DNA of 34,395 bases from the NCBI GenBank assembly GCA_029939675.1, contig JAOZSM010000004.1, positions 1 through 34,395 of the forward strand, read 5' to 3'. A model generated the notes under the pieces. The model saw nothing but the letters and a program-made list of their open reading frames with translations. It had not been told where the DNA came from and did not search any database. This DNA comes from Fidelibacterota bacterium. Lineage in GTDB: Bacteria > Fidelibacterota > UBA8477 > JABMPR01. Positions 33,339-34,395 of the stretch are shown here, piece after piece. Numbering within the stretch: the first letter of the stretch is position 1; each line of letters starts with the position of its first letter. The translations under genes were made by a program, and so were the position numbers.

Positions 33339-33790
33339 ACAACCCCTTCTTTCCGGGCAATGCGGGCTGCTACTTCACTCTCACTCTTGACTTGTTCCTG
33401 ATTTACCTTTCTCTTAAAGACCTCCTTGTGATGCTCTTTAAGTTTTTCCATGACCATTTTCTCTTTTGAGGCCTGAACGAAGGCAACACGCTGCTCTTCT
33501 GTACTTTCTTCACTTTTAACAACTACTTTACCCTGTTTAACAATCTCATCTGTCAATTGCTCCACATAAGCCATGCGATTATTCAATGAGTGAAGGGTAA
33601 TATTCTGATCTTGATTATTCTTGGTTTTACTCTGGACAATAGCATCCTTCTCAGCTTGTGTACTGGCCAGTTTTTGTTTTTCAAGCTGCATTTCGGCCTG
33701 TGCTTTTTGAAGATCAATTGCTTTGGCATCTTCGACCATGGTCCTGACGTCAAGCACTTTCTGCAGTGAAAAATTGAAAGCCTTGGTCAC
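33335..33790 (-). CDS. fliJ: Flagellar export protein FliJ
   Basis: 151 aa coiled-coil protein. FNFSLQKVLDVRTMVEDAKAIDLQKAQAEM is typical of the FliJ N-terminus. It follows fliI with a 4-nt overlap. Confidence 0.75.
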   Translation of the reverse strand: MTKAFNFSLQKVLDVRTMVEDAKAIDLQKAQAEMQLEKQKLASTQAEKDAIVQSKTKNNQDQNITLHSLNNRMAYVEQLTDEIVKQGKVVVKSEESTEEQRVAFVQASKEKMVMEKLKEHHKEVFKRKVNQEQVKSESEVAARIARKEGVV

Positions 33791-34395
33791 GACGCCCGGC
33801 CTCCCTTCAGAACTGCTTTCATCTGAGCTAAGGTGTCTCCAAACGGTGCAGAATCGCCCATATCCTGTTTTAAAAATGTCCGAATGGCTTCGATCTTTTC
33901 AATAGCACGATCTACACTTGGATTACTACCTGCCACATAGGCACCAATGTTGATCAAATCCTCCGAATCGCGGTAATCTGCCAACATCTCCAGGATTGAT
34001 TGGGATTGAGCTAACTGCTCAGATTTTATTACTTCAGTGCGCAAACGGCTGATACTTTCATTAACATCAATGGCTGGATACTGTCCTCGGGTGGCCAGGC
34101 GTCGTGACAGGACGATATGACCATCCAGAATAGCTCTTGAGGCATCACTAATGGGTTCATCCATGTCATCCCCCTCAACCAATACGGTGTATAAACCAGT
34201 AATGCTTCCGCCGGTTCCGGTTCCAGCCCGCTCTAAAAGACGAGGTAACAACGCAAACACTGATGGTGTGTAGCCCTTTGTGGTAGGTGGTTCGCCTACT
34301 GCCAGTCCAATTTCTCTTTGAGCCATGGCAACTCGACTAAGCGAGTCCATGAGTAGCATAACATCGCGACCTTCATCTCTGAAATATTCAGCAAT
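33787..34395 (-). CDS. fliI: Flagellum-specific ATPase FliI, C-terminal 202 aa (5' end outside the window)
   Basis: The frame is open to the right edge: IAEYFRDEGRDVMLLMDSLSRVAMAQREIGLAVGEPPTTKGYTPSVFALLPRLLERAG..SITGLYTVLVEGDDMDEPISDASRAILDGHIVLSRRLA. The track ORF 33787..34359 is only the part after the first internal ATG. Confidence 0.95.
   Translation of the reverse strand: MAEYFRDEGRDVMLLMDSLSRVAMAQREIGLAVGEPPTTKGYTPSVFALLPRLLERAGTGTGGSITGLYTVLVEGDDMDEPISDASRAILDGHIVLSRRLATRGQYPAIDVNESISRLRTEVIKSEQLAQSQSILEMLADYRDSEDLINIGAYVAGSNPSVDRAIEKIEAIRTFLKQDMGDSAPFGDTLAQMKAVLKGGRAS

Noticed and set aside
1-34395. CRISPR arrays, tRNA/rRNA genes, transposases, integrases, prophage or defence-system genes
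   Set aside because: I found no spaced direct-repeat arrays, cloverleaf-like segments or recombinase-like ORFs. Coding density by flagellar genes leaves only three gaps longer than 150 bp (953-1153, 10292-10632 and 25264-25754), each examined above.

Overview
The window is almost entirely one co-directional flagellar gene cluster. About 40 CDS lie on the minus strand, tightly packed with many 4-nt ATGA stop/start overlaps, and every plus-strand ORF in the track looks like an antisense shadow. Read in the direction of transcription (right to left), I infer three units. (1) fliI (5' end outside the window)-fliJ-ylxF/flbB-like-fliK-flgD-TIGR02530-like-flgE-motA-motB, closed by a textbook rho-independent terminator at 25708-25734. 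(2) After a 490-bp AT-rich gap: fliL-fliM-fliN/Y-fliO-fliP-fliQ-fliR-flhB-flhA-flhF-flhG-small membrane ORF-fliA, then three unrecognisable genes, a soluble PAS histidine kinase and a GAF-DHp protein with no ATPase domain. (3) After a 340-bp gap carrying a good sigma-54 -24/-12 match: flgF-flgG-flgA-flgH-flgI-rod-binding protein-flgN-like-flgK-flgL-fliW-csrA, then an unusual second MinD/ParA ATPase. The left edge holds a pseB (pseudaminic acid / flagellin glycosylation) gene that is absent from the ORF track because it has no ATG start and its stop lies outside the window. The gene order is the Bacillus/spirochete fla-operon type, but L- and P-ring genes are present, so the host is a diderm; I cannot assign a taxon. 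I found no rRNA, tRNA, CRISPR array, transposase or integrase. The window contains no flagellin, fliD/fliS, che genes, response regulator, rpoN or enhancer-binding protein. The parts most worth follow-up are the uncharacterised trio after fliA, the PAS-kinase/GAF-DHp pair with no response regulator, the extra MinD-like ATPase with an N-terminal T2SSE_N-like extension and a MinD-type C-terminal amphipathic helix, the sigma-54 promoter with a palindrome shared by both promoter gaps, and motif variants in FlhF (DTPA) and FlhB (NPTF).
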